Source of the DNA: Octopus vulgaris | Taxonomy: Eukaryota | Direction: 5' to 3' | Length of the DNA stretch: 64,000 nt | Assembly (NCBI GenBank): GCA_951406725.2 | Contig: OX597814.1 | Coordinates: 145,762,001 to 145,826,000 of the forward strand | Shown here: piece after piece, positions 28,591 to 43,877 of the stretch | Numbering within the stretch: position 1 is the stretch's first letter | Layout: every line of letters begins with the position of its first letter | The notes under the pieces: generated by a model | The model's input: only the letters and a program-made list of their open reading frames with translations | The model's database searches: none | Told to the model about the DNA's origin: nothing | Translations under genes and position numbers: made by a program

Positions 28591-29102
28591 AAATCGCTCA
28601 ACGGGAGATATTCAGTAACAGTACTCTGAAATAGAGATTATTTGTCAGCATCATATGACAGCACTTGGTAGGACAAATGTTACTGTTATTTTGCCTCAGA
28701 AAACATAGTCTGCATGCGACTATACGACACACTGTCTGTATCACTTATATTTTCGAACAGGGAAGTTTAGTATCCTCACTCAGCACAAGGCAATATCTGT
28801 GGACCGCGGTTTCTGAGTTATTTTTCTTATACACAAACTCATTTCGTTTTGCATGTATACATATATGCATATTTTGTATTTGACGTATGTAATACTGTAT
28901 ATTTAATATATTTGATGTTACAGTTTTGCTTATCCCCTTGATTACCTCTATACCCGCTCACCCTGATCTCTTCTATAACTTTTCTTTGCCTTGAGGAATG
29001 AGCCCCTGCAAAGACATCGGAATCTCAGTTTGAATCTTTTGAGCACTACAGATATGCCCTGCATGCATATGTCTGTAGAGTCACTTTTGTTTTGAGGATG
29101 AA

Positions 29103-29171
<69 letters not shown>

Positions 29172-30177
29172 ATACACACGTATCCTACATGCCCCATGAA
29201 CTTTGAATTTTCTTGTTTTTCGTTTCACCTATCTTTTCCCTTCACTCTTTTCTTTTCCATGATATAACTTTATTAATCACTTTAGCTTTCCAAAGTATTG
29301 AACATCCCATTCTTTTGTACCACGGTTCCCTCGCATCGACGACGGAGCTTAAGAATCTCCTATATCCGGATGGTAAATTTGAGTATGTAGCGAGCGAAAT
29401 TAAATGAGACCCTTATCTCTCTAATATAATTTGCGTGCTTAGCATACCTAGTATCTTTACCATTTCTATTCCCTGCTCCCTTTTCTTTATTCTTAAAATG
29501 TATACTTCTCACCGTGCCCATTTTTCAAATATATTTTGCATTATTTACTACAACAGATAATTTCAACCGAATGGCTTCACAATAAAGGACACGTTCATAA
29601 TAATACGTAATAGACATCCAGTGCCTCTTTGAAACAGCTGTAGTACACGCCTACTTCTTCCAATCTTTTTATTTACATAGTTGGTTATCGCATAATAAGA
29701 AGCATTTGTTTCATTCGAACTGGAATTGCAAAGCATACATCGTATAGGAATTTTCTGACTCTTCTCGTTATGGGACACGCATAGATTAATAAAAATAATC
29801 CATCTATCATCAAGTTATTTATATTTTATATACAATCCTTGTTTATACTAAAGACTGAGAAACTGCTTATGTTTAGATCACTTGACTGATCCTACTACAT
29901 AATTACATACACACACACACACACACACACACACCTACATACGCATTTGTATAAAACTTAATTATATATCACTGAAAATTTACGTCAACTGAATCGAGAC
30001 AGAGTTTTTTCTTTGTCAACAACAAAAGTAGCAATGCTCCAAATTTTACAAATGCTGAGATTGGTTTCTTTTTTCGAATTGTAAATACCCGATGAAACAA
30101 TTACACAAACATGCCCCATATAAACATTTATATGCACAAAAATACACACCTTCACACCTGCAAACGCACATCATATA

Positions 30178-30237
<60 letters not shown>

Positions 30238-30263
30238 TATATATATGTGTGTGTGTATGTAGA

Positions 30264-30305
<42 letters not shown>

Positions 30306-30322
30306 TATATATATATGTATAT

Positions 30323-30376
<54 letters not shown>

Positions 30377-30546
30377 TATATATATATATATGTATATACA
30401 GATATAGCTACATGCATATATATTATATATATGTGTGTATGTATATTTATATAATATTTATGAATTTTTATATATAACATTACTCTCTTTCTACCTCCCT
30501 CTTTCCCCCTCTTTCTCTCTATATATATATTTACACCCACCCACAC

Positions 30547-30609
<63 letters not shown>

Positions 30610-31313
30610 CATACATATGCATATATTCGCATGCATGTGTATAAATATATTTATATATGCGTGCGCTAATATACGTCTTATGCAAATACATTTTAAACCA
30701 TCAAATTCCCTTAAAAGACAACAGTGAGAGAAATAATTACAGTATTGATAAACTATATTTGGAATATTGGCAAGAAATGCGACATTTATTTCGTCATTAT
30801 CTCCATTAACTTAGCGGTTGGAAATGAAAAAGAAAAAAAAAGCAAAGTCGAAATTATTACGAGCAAGAATCTAGTATTTTCCTGTGTCATGGCTATTCTT
30901 ATCTCTGTAATAATATACCCCATCTTACTTTTATTTAGAACAGGCATTGTATCCGCACTGCTATTAAAATCATTGTGATTACAACATGGATTCTAAATCT
31001 GAATAGTAATTTAAGACATTTAGAAATGTTAAATAAAGAGTAATCTTTGAATGTGAGATTCTTTGATAAACTATTCTAATTTAGGCTATGAATAAGCAGT
31101 AATGCTGCCTTTTTATGGTCATTAATTTTAAATACAGATAATAATTCGGTTAAGTATCGATGTTATGTGGAATAAGTAACTACTGCAATAGCGAACGTTG
31201 CAAAATTAAAACAGCGATCTCTTATAGTTACATTGATTGTGTTTCGTTGCATACTTAGTTTAAATTTAAATTCCTTTACCTCAAATTTCACTCCGAAAAT
31301 ACCGATCGATATC

Positions 31314-31415
<102 letters not shown>

Positions 31416-31510
31416 TTACCTATCTAGTTATCTATATATCTATCTATCTATTTATTTATTTATCAATTTATCTATCTATCTATCTGAAAAGTAATTATAT
31501 GTATGCATAT

Positions 31511-31575
<65 letters not shown>

Positions 31576-31693
31576 TACATGCATTTGCTCTTTACATACA
31601 TATATGTGTGCGTGTGTGTGCGTGTATGTGTGTGTGCGTGTATGTGCGTGTGAGTGTATGTGCGTGGCTATACCTTATTCATATCGTCTTTAA

Positions 31694-31900
31694 GGCGGCT
31701 AACTGGCGGGATCGTTAGCCTGCCGGGCGAAATGCTTTGCTGTATTCCGTCTATGTTCTGATTTCAAATTCTGCTGTGGTCGACTTTGCCTTTGATCCTT
31801 TCGGAATCGATTAAATAAATACCAATTACACAGTGGGTTCGATGTAATCGACTTACCCGCTTCCCTAAATTCCAGGCCCTGTGACGGTAATAGAAAGGAT
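31694..31900 (+). mobile_element. SINE family C
   Basis: ggcggctaactggcgggatcgttagc...ttcaaattc...gtcgactttgcctttgatcctttcgg. Confidence 0.8.
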
Positions 31901-32127
31901 TATTTTATCGTCATTAATGGCAGAAATCCAAATAGATAGGACAAGTTGTAATTAATAGCTTGCAGAATATTGCTTTAAAACCGAAGCACCCCACAGACGA
32001 AAAGTATCGAAGAGTGCAGTTGAAGGCAGCTTTTAGGTAGGCATAATTTTTTCCCCATCCAAGTGGAATTGTAATCTATTGTTTACACTCATTTAATTGT
32101 AGCTTCCAATTCTTATGACGTAAATAG

Positions 32128-32215
<88 letters not shown>

Positions 32216-32272
32216 CGTATACGAAAATCTGTACGAATATATGTATATTATTATGTGTGTGTGTGTGTATAT

Positions 32273-32363
<91 letters not shown>

Positions 32364-35300
32364 AAGAGAGATGTATGTATATATATCCCTCTGTCTGTCT
32401 ATCTGTCTGTCTGTCTGTCATCTATCCAGATATTTTTCGATCTGAAGAAATTAATTCTCTGTGTCTGCTGATATGAGCTTTAGTCAGTATTATGTCCAGA
32501 TTGGGAATGCCAGATAAAAGGATTATCTTTTAATTAATCAATGTCCACCATGGAACTTAGATGTCCGACAACTATATCGTCTATAAGTACTCTTAGAAAT
32601 GTAGAAATGATTAGATATGATTAACATTTATTCAACCTGATGGATAATGATTACTGTGTCGAATTAGTTATGACTGGTCAAAGTTTTGCAGACAATCCGT
32701 TCGACTATCTCTGGTTCAATCTGTCTAGATATAAACTGTTTTTATATTGAAATGAACATACCTAAAAATTTTCGGAGTTAAATATTTCATTAATGACTGC
32801 TGACTATATACAAGTGTGTATTAAAGCAGTGCTAATCTTCGTTAGATAAGATACACAAAATTACCTTAAGCAATCTAAGTTCTTATTGTTCATGAGTTCG
32901 AAATTTACTTTTGAATATTTGTGTAACTGCTTCAAGTCATATTAAATGCACAGAGGCTTAGTTAAGCAAGTAAGAGCCAATTCCTTTAAGATAATATTGA
33001 AATCAAGATGCACTGAAAATTAGCCAAAATTGAAGCAATTTCGTAAAAGCAGTTCCTTCAACTCATTCTGCAATTGCGGATCCTGTCGCTAATTATAAGT
33101 GTGTTTTATTTTTTAATATGCATGAATATCTCTAGTTACACGATACAGATATATTTTTGATATTCGAAAAAGATTAATGAGATTTTTGAAATCGTAAAGT
33201 TTACTTGGAAACTCAGGATATGACATTATAATAAATCAAATTGTGTACTTAGGTCAGACTTCATGCCACTGTCTGTGGATTTTATTCTTGTAATAATGAA
33301 ATATAGTGTCGGTTCCTTATAGTTCCTACGATACAATAGTGTTCAAACACATTATTTTTGAAACTTCCCTCATCAATAGTTTTCGATATGCATGTATATC
33401 GTTTGGATATATATCGCATACTCTTTTAATAAATTATTAAATGCTTGCTATTGTATGCATACTGAAACAATTTATGGCACAAACACTGTTAATTAGCCCC
33501 TATATAAATTATTATTACTACCGTTAAACCACGATAATTAAACATCAAATATAACTATATAATTCAAAGAATTATGGAATATGTTACATATAAGATACAA
33601 TATGTAAGGAAATGTGAAGTAATAGAATCAGCTGAACCTTACAAATGCGCATGTAATGACTGACTTCAAGGAAAGTAAAATATGTCACCGATAGAAAATA
33701 CCAGTTATCTTAAACTATGAAGCTCAAAAGATTTCAGATATCAACGTCCGCTATATGCGTTTATAATCAACTTCATTACCATCATGGGTGTTAACTCATT
33801 TATTTTACATTTTTTTACATTAGTACTTTGTGTTAGAATAAATAATCAAAGTAGTGTTTTCAAATACATTTCTTTAGTGAAGATGACTTTTGATCAAAGG
33901 GATGATTAAAATACCAAAAATGCACAATGAACGGGCAAATATGCGTGGAAATTTATTTAAATAACATATGTTCTTAACATACAATCTTTCACTGGGTATA
34001 TTTAGAAAGAAATTGAACAATGTTTACTGAGATGAAAGATAAACTAAAAATATTTAAAGAAGAAATAAAATATACTTAAATATATAAACCTGAGAGGCGG
34101 ATCGCTTGATGAAATGATAAGAGATAAAAACACATCTTAGCTACGACGTGATCTCTGAGACATAAAGAGAGGCTGAAAATTATAGAAAGAAAACGGGCGT
34201 TGTTAGCACTTAGATATTTTTAGTTTTTTATTCCCGTCTATTTGTTGTGCTATGCGATAAAATTGGCACATACAAGTACACACATAATATGCAAACACAC
34301 ACACACGCACGCATGAACGCAAACACAAATATACACTCATACAGATATATATGTGTTATGCGTATGTATGCATGCATATGTACACATATATCATTGTATA
34401 TAGATACAAATGAACGTAAAGAATATATTAATATGTATTGGCATATGTATATATATATTTCGACGTGCTTGCATACATACATGCTGAATAGATATATACC
34501 CATTGTTTCCATCATTACCGATGTGCAACGGTCCTATATATCTCCGTATGAAAACTATACAATAGACTTGGGCTTATATACAATTTAAAAACAATTGAAA
34601 ACCATAATTTGAAAATAAAACAGCTTTTATAGCTCCTTTAATGCGGTAATAATATAAGATATAACAATTCGTTTTTACGAGAGATTGAATAAAACCCAAA
34701 GCACTTTTGATTTAAAATTTATCAACAATAAAAGTAGGGGAGCGTTTAGAAATATAAGGTTACTTGCAATGGGTATTAGTACTTGTTTGTATAGGGTAGA
34801 TATTCAGTTAGAAACCTATGAATATCCTGTTGGATAAAAAGGACTGTAAGTACACGTCAATCAACTTTTGAGAGATATAATTGTGTTCTCTTAACATAGA
34901 AAACACTGCAGGCGTGCTTTAACTATAGAAAGCTGTTCGTTGATTTTCGTTACACCTAACCACAGAATTTACTGATTTTGAGAAACGCTGCGTACCTGGT
35001 TATAATTCCCTTCAGAGAAAGAAAACTGAATGGTCAAAGATGTTAATTTTTTTTTAACTGAAATCAGAATGACTTTGTTACATATCTTTCAAAGCAATTC
35101 CTGTAAATAGATGGTGCGTTTATGTTTGTGTTTGTTTTGGTATAAAGAGAACGCCGTACAAAATCCAGAGCGAGTAAGACCAGATTAATCTATAATGACC
35201 AATGTACGCATTAATATTTGCATACATGTACAGTTGTGAGAAAGAAATGGAATTTATGAACAACTGTTTTACTTGTTATAAGGATTGGATCTTGCCAGAA

Positions 35301-37769
35301 AAAGTCTTCATATTTATTAGCTGGACACAGAAATCTGCTTCCCTTAACGTTATCCCTTCTCCCACAGTGAAACTTGGTGAAGGTTAAAAAGTGCTAGGTA
35401 TTGAAAAATTATGTTCTGCAGCAGATCTGCGGACGAAAGGATGTTAGGCATAGAGTATTATGAAGATTTAAAAAATTAGTGGTCGGCATTTTCATCTTAC
35501 AAAAGTCAATGTCCTGCAATACAGTTCCAGTGGCAGTAAGGGTACATATGAGCTCTGTCAGTATTCTGCAGATGAGAGATTCCACGTATTTATTATGAAC
35601 CAAAATTTCTGGCGTCCACTCGAAAGTTCTACGAAAGTAAATGTACTGATAAGTTCTTTCAAGAAAGAAAAGATTCAGAAATTAGCTTAAATTCAATTTT
35701 GAGAGCATTTAATTGTCTTATATTTTAATATATCACTCAGGCAGCATCGACAAATCAACAGTAATTCAAAATAAGTCGCTGTAACCGTTCATTCGGTGCC
35801 TGTGTTTTTGTTTCCTGAATATGATAAAACTTACTGTCGTTGTTTGGTTGCAATGAAATAATATACCGACTCCTGTTTTACTCACTATACATATTAACAC
35901 ACATACACACAAAAACACCCGCCATCACACCTGTGTGTCTTTGCATTCTTTGTAGTTATACGTGCATATATAAGTGTGTGCATTTGTGTACTTGGTCCTG
36001 TTCTGTTATATGTTTGCGGTCATTTTGTGGCATTTTATTCTCCCGTCTATACTCTTCTTCCCTAGGTAAAATTATATTAATTATCAAAAAGCAAGTCTTC
36101 TAATGCATTCATGCGATAAAGCATATTTGAAAAGAAGTTTTAAAAAGGTGTAGTGCGTATGCTGATGCACTGAACTTCCTCTTTACGTAAATACACTGCC
36201 ACTTTCAATCTATTTACAACACCTGATCCAGTTTTGATTACATGTTGCTAAAATTGTATTCATATTTCTTTATCGTTAATTACTAATGTTTCTCAAAGCA
36301 CAACAATTTCGAATTTATTTTTATATTTATTCTAACCTATATATTATTTGAATCATATTTTATTTTGTATGCTGAGGTTGTTAGCTATCATTTATAAATG
36401 TCAAAGCATTGACCCCCAAAATATGATATTTGAGGAAACGCACGTGAAAATATCGACCCATTTTTAGAAATAAAGTTTCTATTCAACCTTTGACATATGT
36501 CATTTTTATAGTGTGTTTAAGTTTCAATTATTCAAGTTAAAAGAGTTTTGTTTTTCTATTTTAGCAATGGTGGTGTTTCTTTTATGTATGCAATATGTGT
36601 CATGTTCTTTTTTCTTTTTTTTTTTTTAGATATTCTTGGACTGATAAAAATAAATGATGGAAGGAGAATTGCATTAAATATTTTTGAATGCTTAATGATG
36701 ATTAAATGATACAATTATACACTATGTTCTCAGATCGTATCTGGCCAATTTTTGAAATATTTTCTTCGAATTTTATGTGCTTTCAAAATGAAGTTCATGT
36801 TGGAATGAATTCTCAAAATTGGGCGCAAAATTTGATAACCAGATGCATGAATGCAGAAGTGTTATTGTGGAATTTTGTGTAACACAATTGTTGGAAAGGA
36901 ATGCATTGTGATCAGATTATATAGTAAGAAAATCACTACGCTTGGAATATACACAAAGTCGTTGGGTATTTCAGAGCCAAATGATAAAATAGTTGTTCAC
37001 CGGGACATTGGCTTAAACAACACCAGTTACCTGGGACGCAGAGAAACATTTCAAGAATGTGTGAAGGCATATGTGAACACGCTGCACCAGTCATGCAGGT
37101 CGCATTTTAATAGATTTCATTTAATTGATTTTGTGGACACGGATTGTTAAAAGGTTCCGAAACTACGTGTTACTACCTACAAATAATTCTAGTTTATAAT
37201 CTGAGCGTTCAACAAAGATGGGTATCTAGAAAACAACACTCAGATACTGATAAAATGAATAAAGATGACCAGCATTTGGAAAATGCAACAGTTGGGGTAA
37301 AAAGTAAATTAGTCTCCAAGCAAATTAAGGTAAAGTAAATTGAAATTAAATTAATCTCAGAACAAATTACATCGTTTCTCTAAGTATATATTGTCATCAA
37401 AATACACATATAAAGCTTTTGATTAAAGAATAATTGTATTTCATTTGAGTCTGAAAAACCTTTATGATTAATGTCAAACATCTTACATGAGTTTTGAAGG
37501 ACCTGTTTTCTATAGCACGAAATGTGTTGCTCTGGTTCTATATACACTTGTTTCCTCGCGAACATTAATTCCTCCTATTCAGCTACTATTGAGAGATAGT
37601 CTATAATACTTTACACTTGTATTCTTGAGTTTTAATTGTATACAATCGTTCAATGACTCGAAAATAGAACCAACACATTCTAATCTCACACTTTTTGCTT
37701 TGTCACGGGCAAATTTATTTCTTTATTACTCACAGTGGTCTAAACATAAAGGGGACAAAGAAGGTCAGA

Positions 37770-37947
37770 CAAAGGATCAAGTAGATCACATCGACCCCAG
37801 TGCGTAACCGGTATTTTAAAAAATTGACCCCGAAAGGATGAAAGGCAAAGTCGATCTCAGCTTAATTTGAACTCAGAACGTAACGGTAGACGAAATACCG
37901 CTAAGCATTACGCCAGGTATGTTAACGTTTGTGCCAGCTTGCTACCT
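37770..37947 (-). mobile_element. SINE family C
   Basis: ccccgaaaggatgaaaggcaaagtcga...tttgaactcagaacg. Confidence 0.8.
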
Positions 37948-39684
37948 TGTCACTGACAAATTTGCGATATAAATGTGGCCCATAATTCCTACTAAATTAG
38001 AAACTTTTGTCTTCTTAACGTCATGTGAAGCAACACTGAATACTAATATATTCTCTTTCAGCAGCAGACAGTATACACAAGCGAGTTTCAAGAGTAAACG
38101 TCTTGTATGGTTTCCGCTTGCTTAGTTGAATGACATCTTGTGAAAATCAGTACTTTTAGCTTGGGGACCTCTATCGGATCTAAAGAATCAAATTCGTGTT
38201 CTATAAGTCAACACACTTCTGAATGTATTAAATTATGAAATAAATTCAGGTTTAGAGCAAATCAATCTAAGTTCAAAGAATTCAAAGCAGGTATCTATAG
38301 TTGTTTTCCTTCTAAATATCTAATTTGTTTTCTCTGAGATTATTTTATTTTATTTCAAGTTTTCTTCTATTGTTTTAAGATTACTTTAGTTTACTTGGAA
38401 TTTCTCCGTCATTTTGCTCACGACAACATACTAAAGATTAAAATTCTCCTTGATGACTAGAAAAATATTCCCTCCTGCTCAACTGTAATTTCAGGACCTC
38501 AACTAAACTGAGGTAACTTCTACTTTAATGAATTATTATTCCTTTACCCTGTAAAATGTTGTCGACAGAAATTCCAATATTGTACAGATTTCCAGGATAA
38601 ATTCTCAAAGATATACTCGGAACTACTCTTCAGTCTCTATTCCAGAGAAATGCTTCTCACTTATTTGTTGAATTTGTTTTACAATTTCCATTCCTATGAA
38701 CTGTGAGACCACATAATATTTCCAGCCATTTCCTTTTACTACTAACTTCGAAATTACTCATCGTCTGAAATATACCATTCAAAAAGACATGCCTTGATCC
38801 TAGTTTGTCATCAGTTGAAAGTACAGAGATTGAGAAAACAAATGCGTGTGTGATGTAATGTATGTCCTACGTATGTGTCCAAGTAATCATTGTACCACTG
38901 CAGATAGACCGACTGCGAAAATAATCATATATAGGTGTTTATGCTTGTTGGTTTGTGTGTATTATTGATGCAGATGCACGTGTGTGCTAGTATAAGAGGT
39001 GATGCATATTTATTAGAGTGTTTGAGTGTTTGCGAAACTGGTGGTTAGTCTTGTATGTGTGATCTAATAACTTTATAAGGCGGTTTGAATAAATATCATT
39101 AGTTCTATGACGTTCAATTGTCTGCGATGTTTGTGCAGACAAACTGTGTAAAGTGAATAAGGTCGAATGTGCATTTCTGTTAACGTAAGGTGATATTATC
39201 TATTACTATCAGATTTGTCTATACGAGTGTATGAGGCACGAGTAAACGTATATGAATGTACTAGTTATGGATACGTCTTTCAATGATTGTTCGAGAGTGT
39301 GTTTGTGTATGGTCAGACTATACCTATATTTAGAGATGTATAGGTCAAGAAGTGCATGTGTCTCCGAGATACATGTGAATGTTGTGGTGTGTTTTATGGG
39401 AATATGCAGTATGTTTAGTTTGAGTCTACGTGTCTGTATCCATTCATAAGAGCGTTTGAAACGGAAGATGAATAACTTTTGTATTCATTGCGATTCTGAG
39501 AAATGAGCAATCTATGGAGTAAAATAACACTGGACACTAAGGTGTAGAAAATAAATGTGTGTTTGTGAGTAGAATTAACAAGAGTCAAGTTATGTGACAT
39601 TCGTCAAGCGGTCGCCTCGTAGATGGTCGGTGGTAGAAGCTATTAAATAGATAGATAGATGTATATATAAATGAATACATACAT

Positions 39685-40845
39685 ATATACATACATGAGA
39701 AATTAGGCTTCTCAAAACCAGAAAGGAGAAAACAACTTGGAAGACTACAGATCCAATCCATCACTGGAACTGCAAAATTTTGTAAAACGTCCCAGATTAT
39801 CATTTACATATATATGAGAATGTCTAGATAAGGAACTATATGAATGAGAATACATAACTAAAATATGAAAACCGGCACATACATACATACATGGTGGCTG
39901 CCCCCACGTTATCGAATACGGCCATTGCACGAAGCTTAATCAATGTTGTTATCATGCAATGCCTGTGCAAGAAGATTTTTTTAAAGTAAGGAAAGGCTGT
40001 GCACTGAGTCAATCCCACTCACTAAGCAACAGCAGCTATAATCCGAAAAGAAGAACAAGTGAACATCATCGGTAACCACTGAGCCGCAGGTTTTATATCG
40101 GAGTTATCCCAGTTACCTGAGTTACCTTCTCCTAGAAGGATGCCCTAACAAAGGCTAGGAGTGCTTCACTCCCAATGGCTTAACTGCGCGACCAGGTATT
40201 CAGTCCGATTATCTCTATGTCCCCGCGCATGATACAGCCTTAAGACATTTATTGGATGGCCGTTGACACTCAAGAGTTCCTCCGCCCTTTGACGGGTTTT
40301 GTTTTTCATCTCGCAGGGTGTCCAATAAACACCCTCCTCACCAAGCAAGCTTGGTGGGGTTACCGGCGCAGTCGCCGACGACCCGACCATGCAACAGGTT
40401 GTACTGGGTTACATGTTACCAGTGGCACTCAAAAGTGACCTGACACAAACATACATATAAACATACATATATACATACATACATACATACATACATACAT
40501 ACAATTAATCTTGAGAATTTAGGCTTCTCAAAATCAGAAAGAAGAAAGCTAATTCAAAGAATACAAATCCAATTCATCAATGGAACTCTAAAAGTCTAAA
40601 AATTTCCAGAAGTTTATCATTTAAAATACAAATGAGCATGTCTAGATATGCAACTATATGCATGAGAATACAGACAACAAAAAAAACATACAAATCTGCA
40701 CTCACATACATATATACATGCATACACACACACATACATACATACAAACAAAAATACCCTGTTGTTGATGTTGAAATTCCAATGTGTCTAGGTTAGAAAC
40801 TGGCTCTTTCTTTATTTGCAAGATATCCCGAACTAAAACTGAACA
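39685..40845 (+). mobile_element. Two diverged copies (39685-39890, 40510-40845) of a LINE-like 3' end embedded in (TACA)n
   Basis: Both begin tgagaa.ttaggcttctcaaaa.cagaaag and encode LGFSK.ERRK...QIQ.I.GT-like peptides. Confidence 0.55.
40020..40445 (-). mobile_element. Structured GC-richer segment resembling an RTE-type LINE 5' UTR
   Basis: Minus strand has tagggcatccttctaggagaaggtaactc (recalled RTE 5'-UTR-like motif) and several strong hairpins; inserted in (TACA)n. Confidence 0.45.
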
Positions 40846-41920
40846 TACATGCATACAAACATATATACATAACAAGAGAGAAAGCATGCATATATGTATA
40901 CAGGCAATTATGCATCATACCTACGAAGAAACAGATAACCACATGCAAAAATAAAAATGCATACAAATATGAATTCGCATGTTTCCGAAAGGCATTATAC
41001 TGCAAACTGGAAACGAGTGCAAATTTAAACAACGATTAAGACGTTTAGCGTATATTTAATTATATCGGCTTCGCAAAAGCCTTCCTTCCATAGAATACAT
41101 GGAGAATGAGATTAGTTCTAATTTAAAAAAAGAGAAGATCTACAGGGATGAACGAAGCATTGAAATGTGCTCCGATTAGCGGAGTTACATACGGCAATTA
41201 GCGTCTCTCTTCTCCAGAAGGATTTAATTAATTAGAAAAGATAACCGATTTAATCCTCAAATTTTAGTTGTCGGAATAAGCTGCTCGCTACCTTTGATGA
41301 TGACCATAATTTACTACTTAAAATTTTCACCAAATATCATTTAACTGAAATATTTCTATCAATGCATTCTTTATCGTGGACGTGCATATCCACATGTCCT
41401 CATATCAACAAAGTAATGCAGATGACTAGTTATATATTGTTGGCATGTGTTAGATGTTTCCCAAGCTTCATCAGAGAAGATGTGAGTGCTCTGGCCGTAA
41501 TGTGAATCTCTCCATACATATAAGCTGGAGGTTTCCAACGGTGATTATATGATGAAGTTAAGGCAGGAAGCTTTAAAAGGCATCAACCATCGCAGGATTC
41601 GTTATCAACTTTTGGGTCTGCATTACAGTTCATTCTACAAGCGGTACACACTAAATTACATCACTCTGGCCGATCTAGTGCCATTTTGTGGTAATTTTAG
41701 CTCAATCAATGGACATGAACTTAAATGATTTTTTTGATAAATATGAATGAAAAGTAAATTTTGTCGGTAAGACCGTATTTCAAAAGTAAGCTTGATATTC
41801 ATTTGTGTGAGACAATTGCATGCAAGTGGACTTATTGAAGACACAAACAACATAGTACATATATTCTGGCACACATGTATATTTAAGCATATATTTGTGT
41901 ATATATGTGTGTATACACAC

Positions 41921-41956
<36 letters not shown>

Positions 41957-42122
41957 GTATACATACTGAAAAGTGTTTGTGTGTTACGGATTTGATGTTG
42001 AAGAACGGAAAATCTGCTTTCATGTATAGGTATCTCACATATCTCAGCAAAAATCTGGAAGATGAACAATGTATCATTTCTCATTAAGTAATACCGGATG
42101 ACAATGTTGGTATCAAATTTTG

Positions 42123-42290
42123 GCAGAAGGCCAGCTATTCCGGAGGGGGGCGTCGTCGAGTCGATTTCCCTGAGCTGACTGTTCAACTTCTATTATTTTT
42201 ATCAAACCCAAAAATGCGAAAGGTAAACTTAAAGACTGTCGAAATACCGCTAATCATTTAGTCCATCATGACACCGATTCTGCTAAACGG
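42123..42290 (-). mobile_element. SINE family C, degenerate
   Basis: gaaataccgctaa.cattt...cgattctgc and ggccagc.att.cgg.ggggg shared with other copies. Confidence 0.55.
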
Positions 42291-42950
42291 ACAACAATTT
42301 TTTTATTTTTAAATATAGCAGCTCTTGATCTCTTGAACGCTACATAAAATCACATCTTGTAGACTATAATTTAGCAATCCGAGAACATGGGGTAATATAT
42401 ATATTATAAAAAAAAGCGGGGCTGGTGAATCAATTATAAAATCAAAGATGCAACTGAAATTGTGAATTACGTTTGTCTTCTGTGGAGGACATAACACATA
42501 TAATCAGCAGTGCTCCACAAATGTCGTCGAGATAGTAACTACCAATTCGCTATCATGTTCTTGCTAAATCAATATATAATATAATAGCTGAAAAGTACTG
42601 CTTTGGGATAAATAAGCAACACGGCTAATATGGACAAAATTAGCGAGAGAGATAATATCCATTGACAACTGCTTTAAATCTTGCGAATCCTCTCCTCTGA
42701 TTATTAATTTACAATGCTAATATGCTAATAAACACTTAAGCCACTATCAAAGAAATTGACTGGTTGCCTTGTATTCTCCAGACTACCTGTAAGGTGAAAT
42801 GCGAAAATGTGCGAGAATTTCAATATATAACAATTATATAGAATTATATAGAAACTAGATTCCTCCTTCCACAAAGAATAATAAATACAAAGCAAAAGAT
42901 ACACATAGACACACAAAAGCATGCATATGCACTCTCTCTCTCTTTCTCTC

Positions 42951-42992
<42 letters not shown>

Positions 42993-43198
42993 GTGAAATA
43001 GAAAGATGAATAATCTTGTAGTAGATTAATGAAAAGTTTAACCGATACCTTAGTAGCAAAAATCACAGCAGTAAACAGCACGGTTGGAGGTACAACCATA
43101 TGGTGTTGCAACCGTGCGTTGGTGCGGATAATTGAAATTAAAACATTATTGGTGAATTGAAGAAATGGAGCTGAACGCAGATTGAACAGAAATCGTTT

Positions 43199-43292
43199 TA
43201 TTTCATTCTACACGTGTTTCGAAAGGCACAAATTACCAAAATCCGAATGAATAATGGGACCATATTGTGTCTTTCTCTTCAGGAAGAAAATA
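43199..43292 (-). ncRNA. Type I hammerhead ribozyme in the 3' pseudo-LTR (sense to the ORF)
   Basis: Reverse complement of 47009-47102. Confidence 0.87.
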
Positions 43293-43877
43293 GGAAATCC
43301 GTTGGAAAAACAAAAACAGAACAGAGGCGGAGCAAAAACAAATCGAACTATGCTCCTAAGAGCCCATGGCGAAACTGTTTATCAGTGTATGTTGAGAACC
43401 GGTGGCTGAAGAATTTAACGGGTCAGGCATCGGTCAATCATGTGGGTGTGGGTGTGTAGGTGTTCTTTGTGACCGAGAATAAAGTTCTGACTATTTAAGG
43501 AATATTGGATGTTTTATAAGGGGCGAGAAAAAATCTACTTAGAGACGTGTGTGTGTGTATACTGTTCTATATATGTGTGTTGGCGTAGGGGTAGAAAACA
43601 TTTTTTGTGTACGTGTGTGCGTTTGATCGTTCGGCTGTCAGTGGCTACTGCCGTCAGAACCGCTGGGTGGCAGAAAAAAAATATATATATATTATGTTTT
43701 ATGTGTGTGTGTGTTCATCTAAGCCTGCCTTGTCAAGGAAACCCCCCGCTGTGAAAAAACCAAGCCCCGTTTGTCTTACAGGAGTAATTCCCCTTGCAGC
43801 GGCTAATCGTAGATATCTTAAAGGCTATTTCAGAATTTGTTACCAAGGGCTATGGGTGCCGGTATTATTTATAAACG

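Noticed and set aside
35409-37338. Short non-repetitive ORFs that might be host exons
   Set aside because: No recognisable domains or convincing splice structure; small exons cannot be excluded without RNA-seq
43214-43459. Duplicated 81-aa ORF (also 46842-47087)
   Set aside because: GTG start, lies in the non-coding pLTR antisense to the ribozyme; duplicated only because the repeat is
43715-43815. HDV-ribozyme-like ccgctg..cagcgg-CTAA on the plus strand of the PLE 3' UTR
   Set aside because: No P1/P1.1 could be built, and it is antisense to the element
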